From: Candidatus Pacearchaeota archaeon
Lineage (GTDB): Archaea > Nanobdellota > Nanobdellia > Pacearchaeales > GW2011-AR1
DNA: 64,000 bases
NCBI GenBank assembly: GCA_041649295.1
Contig: JBAZNI010000001.1
Location: 11,456-75,455, forward strand
Direction of reading: 5' to 3'
Shown: piece by piece, positions 41,599 to 51,200 of the stretch
Position numbering within the stretch: the first letter of the stretch is position 1
How the letters are laid out: each line of letters opens with the position of its first letter
Made by a program: the position numbers and the translations under genes
Notes under the pieces: model-generated
What the model saw: only the letters and a program-made list of their open reading frames with translations
The model's database searches: none
What the model was told of the DNA's origin: nothing

Positions 41599-43848
41599 TT
41601 ATTCCTCTTCACTCACAGCCCATTGTTCAGGTCTTGCAATAACAGAACATTCTGTATCTATTGGCATTCTTCCGTTTATATCCATGCATTTTATATAATA
41701 ATTTTGCTCTAACTGCCATCTTGCTAAATGAATTGTTTTTTCATCAACAGGGTCGTGAACCATCTGAGTTCCTTCTTCAATATTATAATTGCATTTTGTG
41801 CTTTCATCATTGCTGTAAGAACATGTCGCATCTTCATTAGTTATTATTTTTAAGTTGCTTCCATCATTCATTATTCTTGCAATTAACGGTTCATCTGTGT
41901 CTACATAGACACTGAAAGTTGTATTAGTTGATGCTGAATTTCCCCCTAAATCTAAACATTTCAGGTAATAAGTATAAGTTCCAGATGATAAATCCTGCCT
42001 CTGCTTGTGTTTGTAGCTGTTTGTTTCTGCAAATTTTACATAACTATCTTCACTTCCAATGCTATAATAACATTCAGCTTCTCCTTCTTTATAGCCATTT
42101 TCTGTTTCTATTCCTATATTTACCTCTACACTTGAAGTTGCTCCTGTAACTTTTTCTCCATTTTCAGGTGTTACACTATCTTCTTTTATATTCAACGGGT
42201 TTGTTCCGATTAATTTAAAAACATATGATGTAGTCATCGGATTTCTGTCTTCTTTTGCCATCCATGGCTGGTCCTCACATCTGAAATAAAATGTATTTTC
42301 TTTTCTGTCTTTAATTCCAGTTAATGCTCCATCACACGCATACAATAAATTCTTAGACATTGCAGAAGGGCTTTGAGCGCAAGTCATTGTATTTTCCATA
42401 TCATTAATACTCTGGTCTGTGAAAGACCATTTGCAGTTTGCAGGTTCATTAGTGTAAATAGTTATTGGAGTTGCTCCAATTTCGCCATTATAGCTAACCT
42501 GATATTGAACAGGGCTTCCATTGTCAATGCTTGTTTCTTCAATATATGGAGGGGTTAAATCAGGCCCATCATCAACGCAAATATCAATTCCATAAGGAGC
42601 TTCATTATAGAAACCATTTGCACTTATGCATCTTACATACAAATTATAAGATTTTGCATTTTCAATTATCATCCTAGAATCTTCTTCTGTTAATTCTTCT
42701 GAGTCATTTGATGTAGCTTTTATGTAAGAATCAATTGCTCTTGGGCTTGGCATATTCATTTTTTGCGAATGATTGTATGCAAATAAATTTGACTCTCCGA
42801 AAAAGTAAGCCATTTCATCATAAGTGTCTGTCAGTGAAAAATCAATTTTACATTGTGCTGGTTTGTTAGTTTGTATTCCAAATTCAAGTGGGGTAAATGC
42901 AGGTATACATCCATCTTTTTTTCCAGGCATTATAATCTTTGTTCCCCACGACGGAGGCATTTCTTTTATCTCTGAATATTTTAATCCTTTTGTCAGCACA
43001 TCTTCCCACGGGCGAATCATCGGGCTTTTAACATCTTTTGGATTTATCCACACACATCTTTCTTCAGCTGTCCCGGCATTAACAATATCACATGCCTGCC
43101 CTAAACTCTTGCACCTATATTCTGAACATGGTTGAACACCGTCGTTGCACTTCTCGCAGTCAGCTCCTCCAATAGGAGCTTCCCACGGCAAACAATCAAA
43201 ATCAACTGTTTTATAAGAAACTTTTTTATATGTCATTATAAATACAACAGCTCCGACAGCAATTCCAGTTATCCAGGGGTTTTGTCCGATTAAACCAAGT
43301 GCTCCATGCTCAGCAAACATCCCTCCTTCTGCAAACATTCCTGTTGCTCCTTCAGCTTGTCCTGATGCCTGCAAAGCTGCTAAACTTTTTCCAGTAAATG
43401 CAGCAGCTGCCAATCCATTCTGAAGTGCTTTTGTCGTCGGTTCTTCTAAACCAAGAGCATTCCCAATCCATCCAGATGCAAAGTATGCAACTCCCGCCCA
43501 CACAACTCCACCAATAACTCCTTTTGCTCCAGGAGCACTAGGGGCGAGGAATTGTTTTATGAGTCCAGGTTCGTCTGTAGCTACGCCCTCGGCAGTATGA
43601 GAAGTTTTTGATGCTTCTTTAAGTTTATTAAACTCTGTAGGAGAATGCATTTTACCATCAACATTACTAATCCATTTATCTTCTACAGCATTATATGTAA
43701 ACGGAACATTTCCTAAAGAATCTGTTGCTCCATTTGTTATATCCGCTTTCACAAGTTTTATATCCAATCCAATCATAAATGCTATAGCAAAAATAGAGAG
43801 AATTATATTTATAATTATTAAAATAGCATTCCTCTTTTTATTCATCAA
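41599..43848 (-). CDS. large Cys-rich surface protein, type B (Gly/Ala-rich membrane region, CxxC knot, four Cys-framed beta modules)
   Basis: 749 aa. Residues ~215-749 are collinear with the C-terminal ~560 aa of the 48251-52171 product (e.g. CEKCNDGVQPCSEYRCKSLGQAC vs CGECNKDEQKPCSKYKCESLGMNC; NKPAQCKIDFS vs NIPAQCKFSTD). A TTTATAAA box lies at 43867-43874. Confidence 0.7.
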   Translation of the reverse strand: MMNKKRNAILIIINIILSIFAIAFMIGLDIKLVKADITNGATDSLGNVPFTYNAVEDKWISNVDGKMHSPTEFNKLKEASKTSHTAEGVATDEPGLIKQFLAPSAPGAKGVIGGVVWAGVAYFASGWIGNALGLEEPTTKALQNGLAAAAFTGKSLAALQASGQAEGATGMFAEGGMFAEHGALGLIGQNPWITGIAVGAVVFIMTYKKVSYKTVDFDCLPWEAPIGGADCEKCNDGVQPCSEYRCKSLGQACDIVNAGTAEERCVWINPKDVKSPMIRPWEDVLTKGLKYSEIKEMPPSWGTKIIMPGKKDGCIPAFTPLEFGIQTNKPAQCKIDFSLTDTYDEMAYFFGESNLFAYNHSQKMNMPSPRAIDSYIKATSNDSEELTEEDSRMIIENAKSYNLYVRCISANGFYNEAPYGIDICVDDGPDLTPPYIEETSIDNGSPVQYQVSYNGEIGATPITIYTNEPANCKWSFTDQSINDMENTMTCAQSPSAMSKNLLYACDGALTGIKDRKENTFYFRCEDQPWMAKEDRNPMTTSYVFKLIGTNPLNIKEDSVTPENGEKVTGATSSVEVNIGIETENGYKEGEAECYYSIGSEDSYVKFAETNSYKHKQRQDLSSGTYTYYLKCLDLGGNSASTNTTFSVYVDTDEPLIARIMNDGSNLKIITNEDATCSYSNDESTKCNYNIEEGTQMVHDPVDEKTIHLARWQLEQNYYIKCMDINGRMPIDTECSVIARPEQWAVSEEE

Positions 43849-43927
43849 TTTTACAGGAAAAACAGATTTATAAATTTGTTTATATTGAAGATAATTTACT
43901 TAAATTTTTTTTACTCTACTTTTTATA

Positions 43928-44362
43928 CTAATTATCACAAATAGAAGTTATATTTTTTTTAAAATAACCAAAGTCTGAATCGCCAATTTTCATACTAATC
44001 AAAGGATCATCTTGTTTAGTTATCTTTCCATAAGCTATAACTTTTTCTCCAAGACAATTAATAGAGCAAACAACATCCTCTCCCATTGGGATAGAATAAA
44101 TCTTCCTAACACCATTCTTAATTTCTTGAATTACTTGTCCATTAGAACTGCTATTTTCCCTTCCTACTTCATTAACATTAACCTCGACATTAGTCCCCTT
44201 AGGATCTAATGCTCCAGAGATAGCCGAACCTGCTGTTTGATAAACTAAAAATTCTCCGAATGCATTTCCAGCAGGAGTTGTCTGACAGCCAGTTAGTGCA
44301 GTTGCTAAACCCGCTAATCCAACTAATCCTCCATTAATTAATTGTCTTGTTTTTCTTATCAT
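43928..44362 (-). CDS. putative lipoprotein (lipobox LTGC)
   Basis: 144 aa. The N-terminus is MIRKTRQLINGGLVGLAGLATALTGC. Its start overlaps the upstream gene's stop. Confidence 0.55.
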   Translation of the reverse strand: MIRKTRQLINGGLVGLAGLATALTGCQTTPAGNAFGEFLVYQTAGSAISGALDPKGTNVEVNVNEVGRENSSSNGQVIQEIKNGVRKIYSIPMGEDVVCSINCLGEKVIAYGKITKQDDPLISMKIGDSDFGYFKKNITSICDN

Positions 44363-44775
44363 ATTACTACTCCATAGTTACATGTATTTAAATCTTTTGT
44401 TTTCTCATTATAAGCAACACCAGCCCACACAACTCCTTGTGCCATTCCCCAACCACCCAAATCCGCATCTTTAGGATTTTTATATAAATATTCATACCAA
44501 GATAATTTGTCAGGATTTAAACTTGCAGGAGTGTTAGTTGAAGAGCCATAGGCAAATTCTGCCTCCTTTTTTGTCATGGCCTCTTCCGTTTTTACAGCAT
44601 CTACTGTTTGTTGATCTGGTAACCCCTTAGCATAATTAAACCACCAGTCACCATCAGGAGCACTCACCAACTCACTCTCCAACCCAATCATAAACGCAAT
44701 TGCAAAAATAGAGATTAAGATATTGACTAATATAACCAAACATTCACTCTTTTTTATCACCTCTGTTTTTACCAT
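44359..44775 (-). CDS. small signal-anchored protein sharing its N-terminus and the GVVWAGVAY motif with the 749-aa protein
   Basis: 138 aa. NILISIFAIAFMIGLE compares with NIILSIFAIAFMIGLD in 41599-43848; GVVWAGVAY is present in both. Confidence 0.55.
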   Translation of the reverse strand: MVKTEVIKKSECLVILVNILISIFAIAFMIGLESELVSAPDGDWWFNYAKGLPDQQTVDAVKTEEAMTKKEAEFAYGSSTNTPASLNPDKLSWYEYLYKNPKDADLGGWGMAQGVVWAGVAYNEKTKDLNTCNYGVVI

Positions 44776-44783
44776 TTTGTTTT

Positions 44784-45257
44784 TTAACTATCAATTAATT
44801 GAGTAATCCAACCCGTTCTAATAGTCGAATATCCTCTGAATTTTGTGGGTTTGCCATCCTCTAATTCTTGCATTACATATACACTCATTTTATCAGGCCT
44901 TCTCCATTTAATTTCTCCCCAATATTCAAATCTTTTACCATCACAATTAAAAGCTACATAATCTAATTGTCTAGGTTGACTTGGTTGAGCATATTGCCCT
45001 TGATTACCACCATTGTAAATATTAACTTTTGTTCCGCTGTTTTCAAGTGCTTGTGTACTTCCTGCTGCTTGAAGTCCTGTTCCTATTGTAGAAAGTGCTT
45101 GCGCTTGTTTAAATGTTTTAGCTCCAGGCACTAGTAAGTTAACTCCTGTTCCAAGTAAACTAGTATTAGAGCCAGTAGCACAACCAACTAAACTTCCAAG
45201 TCCAACCAATCCAACTAATCCTTTTGCAAAATCTCTTCGTGTTATTTTTTGGGCCAT
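44784..45257 (-). CDS. putative Tat-exported lipoprotein
   Basis: 157 aa. ITRRDFAKGLVGLVGLGSLVGC has a twin-arginine motif plus a lipobox. Its own TTTATAAA box at 45285-45292 is 28 nt upstream. Confidence 0.6.
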   Translation of the reverse strand: MAQKITRRDFAKGLVGLVGLGSLVGCATGSNTSLLGTGVNLLVPGAKTFKQAQALSTIGTGLQAAGSTQALENSGTKVNIYNGGNQGQYAQPSQPRQLDYVAFNCDGKRFEYWGEIKWRRPDKMSVYVMQELEDGKPTKFRGYSTIRTGWITQLIDS

Positions 45258-45299
45258 TTTGTTATTATTTTATAGTAACATCATTATTTATAAACTTTT

Positions 45300-47192
45300 C
45301 TATCCTACCTCATTCGTTGCCTTTGTTGTGCTTTCACTATCAGTGTCTGTAGTAGTCTCTGTATTTGTTGAAAACTCTCCGCCGGTGCTTCCCCCGAACT
45401 GCTGTTTGGTATCAACTTCTGCTGCTTTCTTTTCATCTTCTGTTCCTGTTTTCTCACCTGATTTTGAAATTGTTACTCTGAAACCGCCATCAACATATTT
45501 TCCTATATAATTTCTGTCACTTCCACAATCTCCGTAATTTGTGCATAATCTGTTAACTTGGAAAGCTGTTAGTGGTTCTAAACATTCGCAGTTCTCAACA
45601 CATGTTCCGTCTCCCTTGCCCCATAATTTTTTTTCATATTTTACAATGCAAGATTGAGATGCTAAATCACACTGGTTTTCACTGCCTTCATCCCAGAAAG
45701 AAATTCCAGGAGCAACATCTGGAACACATCTCCAGTTCCGATTGTCTTCTTCAACATTTTGTTCTAATTTAAGCATGCTCCCAATTAACCCCTCATTAAT
45801 GCTTCCGATTGTCTGTGCAAGTATATCTTCTTCTGTTATTTTTTCTATTAATATTGGAACCCACTTGCAGTCTCTTTTATCTGTGTTGCGACAGTCTCTA
45901 GAGCTATTTTGCATAATGCAATCCTCCCACCTGTTAGCAACACATCCAGCTTGGGCAAAATCCTCTTTTTCCCCAATAGTGTCTTGAACGCAAACTTCTT
46001 TCCTATAATCATCACAAGGCTCAACAATTTCTTCACTTAAGAAACATATATGCCTGAAATGCCTGCTTCCAGGAGCATCGCTATCTTCTTTTCCAGAATC
46101 ATAAACACACCACGATTCCCCATTTTTGTAATCTTTTCCATTATATGTATCATAACAGTTTAAATCAGAGCAGATAAAACTCCCATATGTCGGCTTTCTG
46201 CTTCCTGCGGATTTACAAATGCTTCCTTCAAGATAATTGCAGTTTCCACAGCTCTTAGATTCTGCATTTGCAGAATTACTGCCTCCCCCACAACTTTCAT
46301 CTTTAGGAACAACCTTAGCCCAGTAAGCAACATCATTTATTTTAGAAGCGTCGTAAATATTTGCAGGATTCCCGCATGTGTCGATAAAATAAACTTCATC
46401 TTTGCCTTCAATACAGACAGTTTCTTTAGTTTTTTCGCAGATAGTGTTTAATTCCTGTGCTGTGCATAAGTAATTTTTATGAAAAACAATAGAAGATGTA
46501 TTTGTAGTGCCTTTTACACTTTCAGAATTGCATTCAGCTCTTGTAGTAAATTTGCATGTTGTCTGGTAATCAGATTCAAAAACACATGCACCAACATCCT
46601 GCGAACTTGCTAATGCAATGCAAGACAATTCATCTGCAACATTTTTCCTAAAATCAGTTATTAATCCATAATATCCAGATAATTTTTTGCATCTTACTAA
46701 TGGAACATAAGCTGCCTGCTGCCCTAGAACGCAACATCCTAATTCGCATTTTGGAGTTGCTTTGCAGTCAGCACCTTCATCCCACTCTCCTCCAGAACTA
46801 ACACAGGCTTCTCTTGGAACATTTTCCATACAAACACCTTCATCAGAATCATAACAACATCCTCTTTTGCAGAATGAAGTTGCTTCGCACGAAGTCGGAG
46901 TTTTTTGAAATTTAGCATCGCATTGTTCTAACGGGGAATTCTGGCAATAAGCTCCTGATAAAGTTTTTTCACAGCAATAACTAACTTCAACAGCAGAAGT
47001 CATCTGCATAGTTAATACTAAAATTAAATATAGTGATAATGTGAAGACAGCTAATTTAAAATAAGCACTATTAACTTTTAAGCCAGCTCTTTTTCTCATA
47101 TTGTTAATTGTTTTACTGCTCTTATTAATTTTTAGTCTCTCAATTATACTATTTTTTTCCATCTTAAATATTTCTATACTCTTATTTGCCAT
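45300..47192 (-). CDS. large Cys-rich secreted protein, type A
   Basis: 630-aa ORF. The likely real start is MRKRAG at 47099, which places the signal peptide (LAVFTLSLYLILVLTMQMTSA) at the N-terminus. It is collinear with residues ~50-545 of the 48251-52171 product (GCCYDSDEGVC / GCCFDTEEGLC; ELSCIALASSQDVGACVF / ELSCIESTQSLEKGACRF; EVYFIDTCGNPANIYD / EVYWFDSCGNPENIYD). Confidence 0.7.
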   Translation of the reverse strand: MANKSIEIFKMEKNSIIERLKINKSSKTINNMRKRAGLKVNSAYFKLAVFTLSLYLILVLTMQMTSAVEVSYCCEKTLSGAYCQNSPLEQCDAKFQKTPTSCEATSFCKRGCCYDSDEGVCMENVPREACVSSGGEWDEGADCKATPKCELGCCVLGQQAAYVPLVRCKKLSGYYGLITDFRKNVADELSCIALASSQDVGACVFESDYQTTCKFTTRAECNSESVKGTTNTSSIVFHKNYLCTAQELNTICEKTKETVCIEGKDEVYFIDTCGNPANIYDASKINDVAYWAKVVPKDESCGGGSNSANAESKSCGNCNYLEGSICKSAGSRKPTYGSFICSDLNCYDTYNGKDYKNGESWCVYDSGKEDSDAPGSRHFRHICFLSEEIVEPCDDYRKEVCVQDTIGEKEDFAQAGCVANRWEDCIMQNSSRDCRNTDKRDCKWVPILIEKITEEDILAQTIGSINEGLIGSMLKLEQNVEEDNRNWRCVPDVAPGISFWDEGSENQCDLASQSCIVKYEKKLWGKGDGTCVENCECLEPLTAFQVNRLCTNYGDCGSDRNYIGKYVDGGFRVTISKSGEKTGTEDEKKAAEVDTKQQFGGSTGGEFSTNTETTTDTDSESTTKATNEVG

Positions 47193-47214
47193 TTTGTTTT
47201 TATTTATTTTTTAT

Positions 47215-47290
47215 ATTCTCGCTTTTGTCTAATCTTTCCTAAAGAACATATTTGTTCTTTGAACAGAGAATTTTTAATTCTCTTGGTTAT
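47215..47290 (-). repeat. three-hairpin structured element, copy C (between the pilin-like gene and the type-A Cys-rich gene)
   Basis: The minus strand reads ccaagagaat(taaaa)attctctgtt-caaagaaca(aata)tgttctttagg..., the same hairpin order and loop lengths as copies A and B. Hairpin 2 carries a compensated G:C to A:T change. Confidence 0.55.
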
Positions 47291-47298
47291 GGAAAAGA

Positions 47299-48090
47299 TT
47301 AATAACCATAACCTACAGGAAATACAAGACTCTTAACAGCAAAATTAAAACTTTCTTTGCTGTCTCTGTCTGAAACATAGTAAAGTGTCGAGCCATCACC
47401 CTGTTTTAACATTTCCACCCTGATGTTTGGATACATTGCCATATACACAACAGGGTCGCTGTTTCCAAATCTTGCCTCATAATTTAATATTGATGTTGAT
47501 ATCATTATTAAGTCATAATAATTGCTTTTAACAGACACTTCAAAAGGGCTGTCAAATCTGGCACTTGTCTCGCTTCTGCTTATTGTGATAGGATAATCAA
47601 TTATAAATTTTATTTCACTTGGCACAAATTCAAGAGTAAAATTAATATTTCCAGATGCAACAGAATAACCGCTTGCTTTCAGCTCTTTTTCAACCTGATT
47701 AATACAGCCAATTATTTCATCTTTAACAGCATCCTTTGCCTCTTTTTCTATACCTTGCAACAACAGGGGTTTTTGCATTGTGCATGTTTTATAATACTCA
47801 TTTGTATAGCAGAGATATTCTAATTTTTTGCCGTCGTGCATGTAAGCATGTTCAGGATTTGCACTTCCTCCTTGGGATAAAATCACATCAATCGAATTTT
47901 TAATTTGTGGATTTTTTTCAATGCAGTTTTTTAAATTAGAATTTACATCATATTCAATCCCAAAAACTCTGTTGACTATGCCTCTTCCCGAATCTGTAAA
48001 TGCAAAAAATAATATCAGCAATCCTACAATTACCACAGCAATTATTATAAATACAGTTACTTGTCCTTTTTTGCTTTTATTTAACACCAT
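47299..48090 (-). CDS. pilin-like protein (class III signal peptide), paralog of 52168-52941
   Basis: 263 aa. N-terminus NKSKKGQ/VTVFIIIAVVIVGLLILFF. Shared motifs with the paralog are YLCYT, EARFGNSDP/EAKYCNSDYP and FNFAVK/WGFAVR. Confidence 0.65.
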   Translation of the reverse strand: MVLNKSKKGQVTVFIIIAVVIVGLLILFFAFTDSGRGIVNRVFGIEYDVNSNLKNCIEKNPQIKNSIDVILSQGGSANPEHAYMHDGKKLEYLCYTNEYYKTCTMQKPLLLQGIEKEAKDAVKDEIIGCINQVEKELKASGYSVASGNINFTLEFVPSEIKFIIDYPITISRSETSARFDSPFEVSVKSNYYDLIMISTSILNYEARFGNSDPVVYMAMYPNIRVEMLKQGDGSTLYYVSDRDSKESFNFAVKSLVFPVGYGY

Positions 48091-48250
48091 CTTTTATTTT
48101 TTAAATTATTGCACTTTTATTGATAATTTATCTAGGTTTATGCAACTTAAATAAAGTTCATATTTTGGCATATTGCGCTTCTTTTCCCAAAACCTCTTTT
48201 ATTTTTTTCATATTTTCTTAACGATAAATTTCTTTATAAATTTATTTAAA

Positions 48251-51200
48251 TTATACCGATGCATCATGTTTGACAATTACAGCACATTCGCTGTTCTGAT
48301 TGTCAAATCTGTCCTTGCATTTAATATAATATGTAAGTTTGTCATTTCTTTCAGCAATATGTATTTTTTTTAATTCTTCACTCATTGAAATGCCATTATC
48401 AAAGGCAAATTCACATTTATTGAGTGCATTGTTGCTGTAAACACATTTGGAATTTTTATTTGTTAAAACAATGATGTCTCCTCCCTGTGAATAAACTCTT
48501 GTTACTTCAGGTGCTAAATTGTTATTAGTTTCATTATCTGAATTATTGTCCCCTTCAGGATAATCATTAGGATCATTAGGGTCTGTTCCATTTTCTGCTT
48601 CTTCTTCATCAGTCCATCCATCCCCGTCACTATCAACTCCTTCAGCTGTTCCCTGAACCAGCTCAAATTTTGCTTCATTATAAGCTGTATTTCCACCTGT
48701 ATCAATACACCTTACTTTGATAGTATAATTTCTAAACAGCATTGAATTCAGCATTTGGTTATGTTCGGATTTTCCAGTATCATAAAAAGTTATAAAAATG
48801 TCCTCTCCTAAACTGCTTAAACTATACTGACAATAGGCATCTCCGTTTACTCCCCCGCTTGTTTCTGCCTTTAACTCAACAGAAGCTGGCTCTAATTCTG
48901 AATAAACAGTTCCCCTAGGGGTTATTGAATCAATTACTAGTGCAGAATCTGACCTGTATAGCTTATATTCGTAAACACTTCCAATATTCCTTGAATTGTT
49001 TTCTTCTAGCCATGGCTGGTCTCTGCAAACTATATAGAAATTATTTTCTTTTTGTTTTATTTGTAAGGTTGCATTGCATAGGTAACCTAATAAACTCCCA
49101 CTACCAACATCATCTTCACAATACATATTATTTGTCATTGCAAAATATTGCTCCTCGCTTGTGCCTGCTAATATTTCATCAGAGAACCTGCATTCAGCAG
49201 GTTCATTAACATAAAATCCTGCATTCCATTGTGTTGCATTGTAAGCAACAATTGAATCTTCAGGAGGCGAAGTTGCAATTATAACTGGAGGAGTTCTGTC
49301 AGGCCCGTCATCAACGCAAAAATTGATTTTATAATTTGCAACATTTGTAACACCTTTAGTATTTGCACATTTTACATAAATATTTACATCGCCCAATATA
49401 TCTAAAATGCCCCCCATTACAGTTTCATTAGAAATTAGTGTGTTAAATTCATCAGTGTTTAATGTCTCTCCTGCAATAACACTTTCAGCACTTGGCAAGT
49501 AAGTTGTTGTTGTATGATTTTTCGAATATAAATCTCCTTCTAAAAATGAATATTCCATGCTGTCAAATAAAATTTTTGGGTCTGTTGAAAATTTGCATTG
49601 TGCAGGAATATTTGTATTTACCCCAAATGCAACATGCTCAAATGCAGGCAGGCACTTTCCATCTTTTGTTCTAACATTAAATCCATTTAAACCAACACTT
49701 GTATAAGAATACTTGTTCTTATTTAAAACTTCATAGTTTGGACTAATAACTGGAATTCCTTCTCCTGTTTCAACTGTTACACATTCAGGATTTGCTGTAT
49801 CTTCATTAATAAGTTTGCAATTCATTCCCAAACTCTCACACTTATACTTCGAGCACGGTTTCTGTTCGTCTTTGTTGCACTCCCCACAATTTCCAACAGC
49901 AGGGCGTTGCCACTGCTTGCATGTAAATGTTATTTCTGTTTCTTCTGTTTCTCCGCAACCCATGAGGTAGGATAATCCGAGGTAGGCTAATACACCAACA
50001 CCTACCCAAGCAGTAGGACCTAATCCCAACAAAGTTCCACCAGATGTCGATGCACCTCCCGCTCCTGCACCACCTGCTGCAGCAGTTGTAGTTCCAGCTC
50101 CACCTACAGTTCCTGTAACTCCTGAAGACAATGTCACTGTTGAACCTGATACGCTAGTAACTCCTGCTAATCCTGTGCTAGTTACACCTATTCCTCCTTG
50201 TACTCCAGTTAATGTAACACCATTAGATAATGTAAGTGTAGAACCTGCTCCTAAAGTTGCTGTTGAACCTCCTGATAAAACAGTTCCAGATGCTATTGCT
50301 CCTGCACCAAGCGCATGACCTCCAAGTGAAGCAACTCCTAATCCTGCACCAGTTGCTCCTACTGCCGAACCCCCTAAAGTATTGCTTAACTGCCCACCTG
50401 AAAACATACCACTATCAATCTCTTTTCCCATATAATTTCCAAATATTTCATCTATCCCATACATTTGAAGATTATCTAATCCATTAATATTATTAAAAAA
50501 ACCGGGCTTTGCACTTTGCCCAGGAATTGCAATTGCAAAAATTCCGTATATCTTGTCAATGCCTGTTAATCTTGGAGGTTTTTTTGCTTTTCCACCTTTT
50601 TTAGATATTGAGTAACCTCCTTCTGTAACTTTTCCTGCAATATTTGATTTAGCACCACAGTCTCCTAAATTCTGGCAGTATTCATTCATTTGAGCAGTAA
50701 ATATTATCTTTTCACATTCGCAGTTTTTTACACACTCCCATTTACAAAAAGGTGCAATCCCCTTTTTTTGGTAAACAACAGTGCAGGTTTTTGTTCCTTT
50801 ACTGCACGGATTATCACTTTGTCCTAAGTTTCCAAGTGCTCCTAATCCACTTGATGATAGCTGTCCTCCTAATTCTCCTGTTAACTGGTCTGTTGCACCC
50901 TCAACAATTCCTCCTAATTCAAACCCCGGAGGGTATTTTGGAACACATCCTGTAAAATAAAAATCATTAGATACATAAACAACTTTTGGCATGCAGTCAG
51001 GATTTTGGGCGCAATTAAGAACAGTTCTACCTCCACAATCTTCCCACATGTTGGTTCTGCAAAAAGCTCCGCTCTGGTCAGGTAAACTGCTAGAAACTAA
51101 TCCACTAACTCCAGGAATATCCGCAGCTAATCCTCCGACAACACTCCCCATTGCAGATGTTTCAACGCAAATTTCCTTCCGATAATCTGCACAAGGTTCT

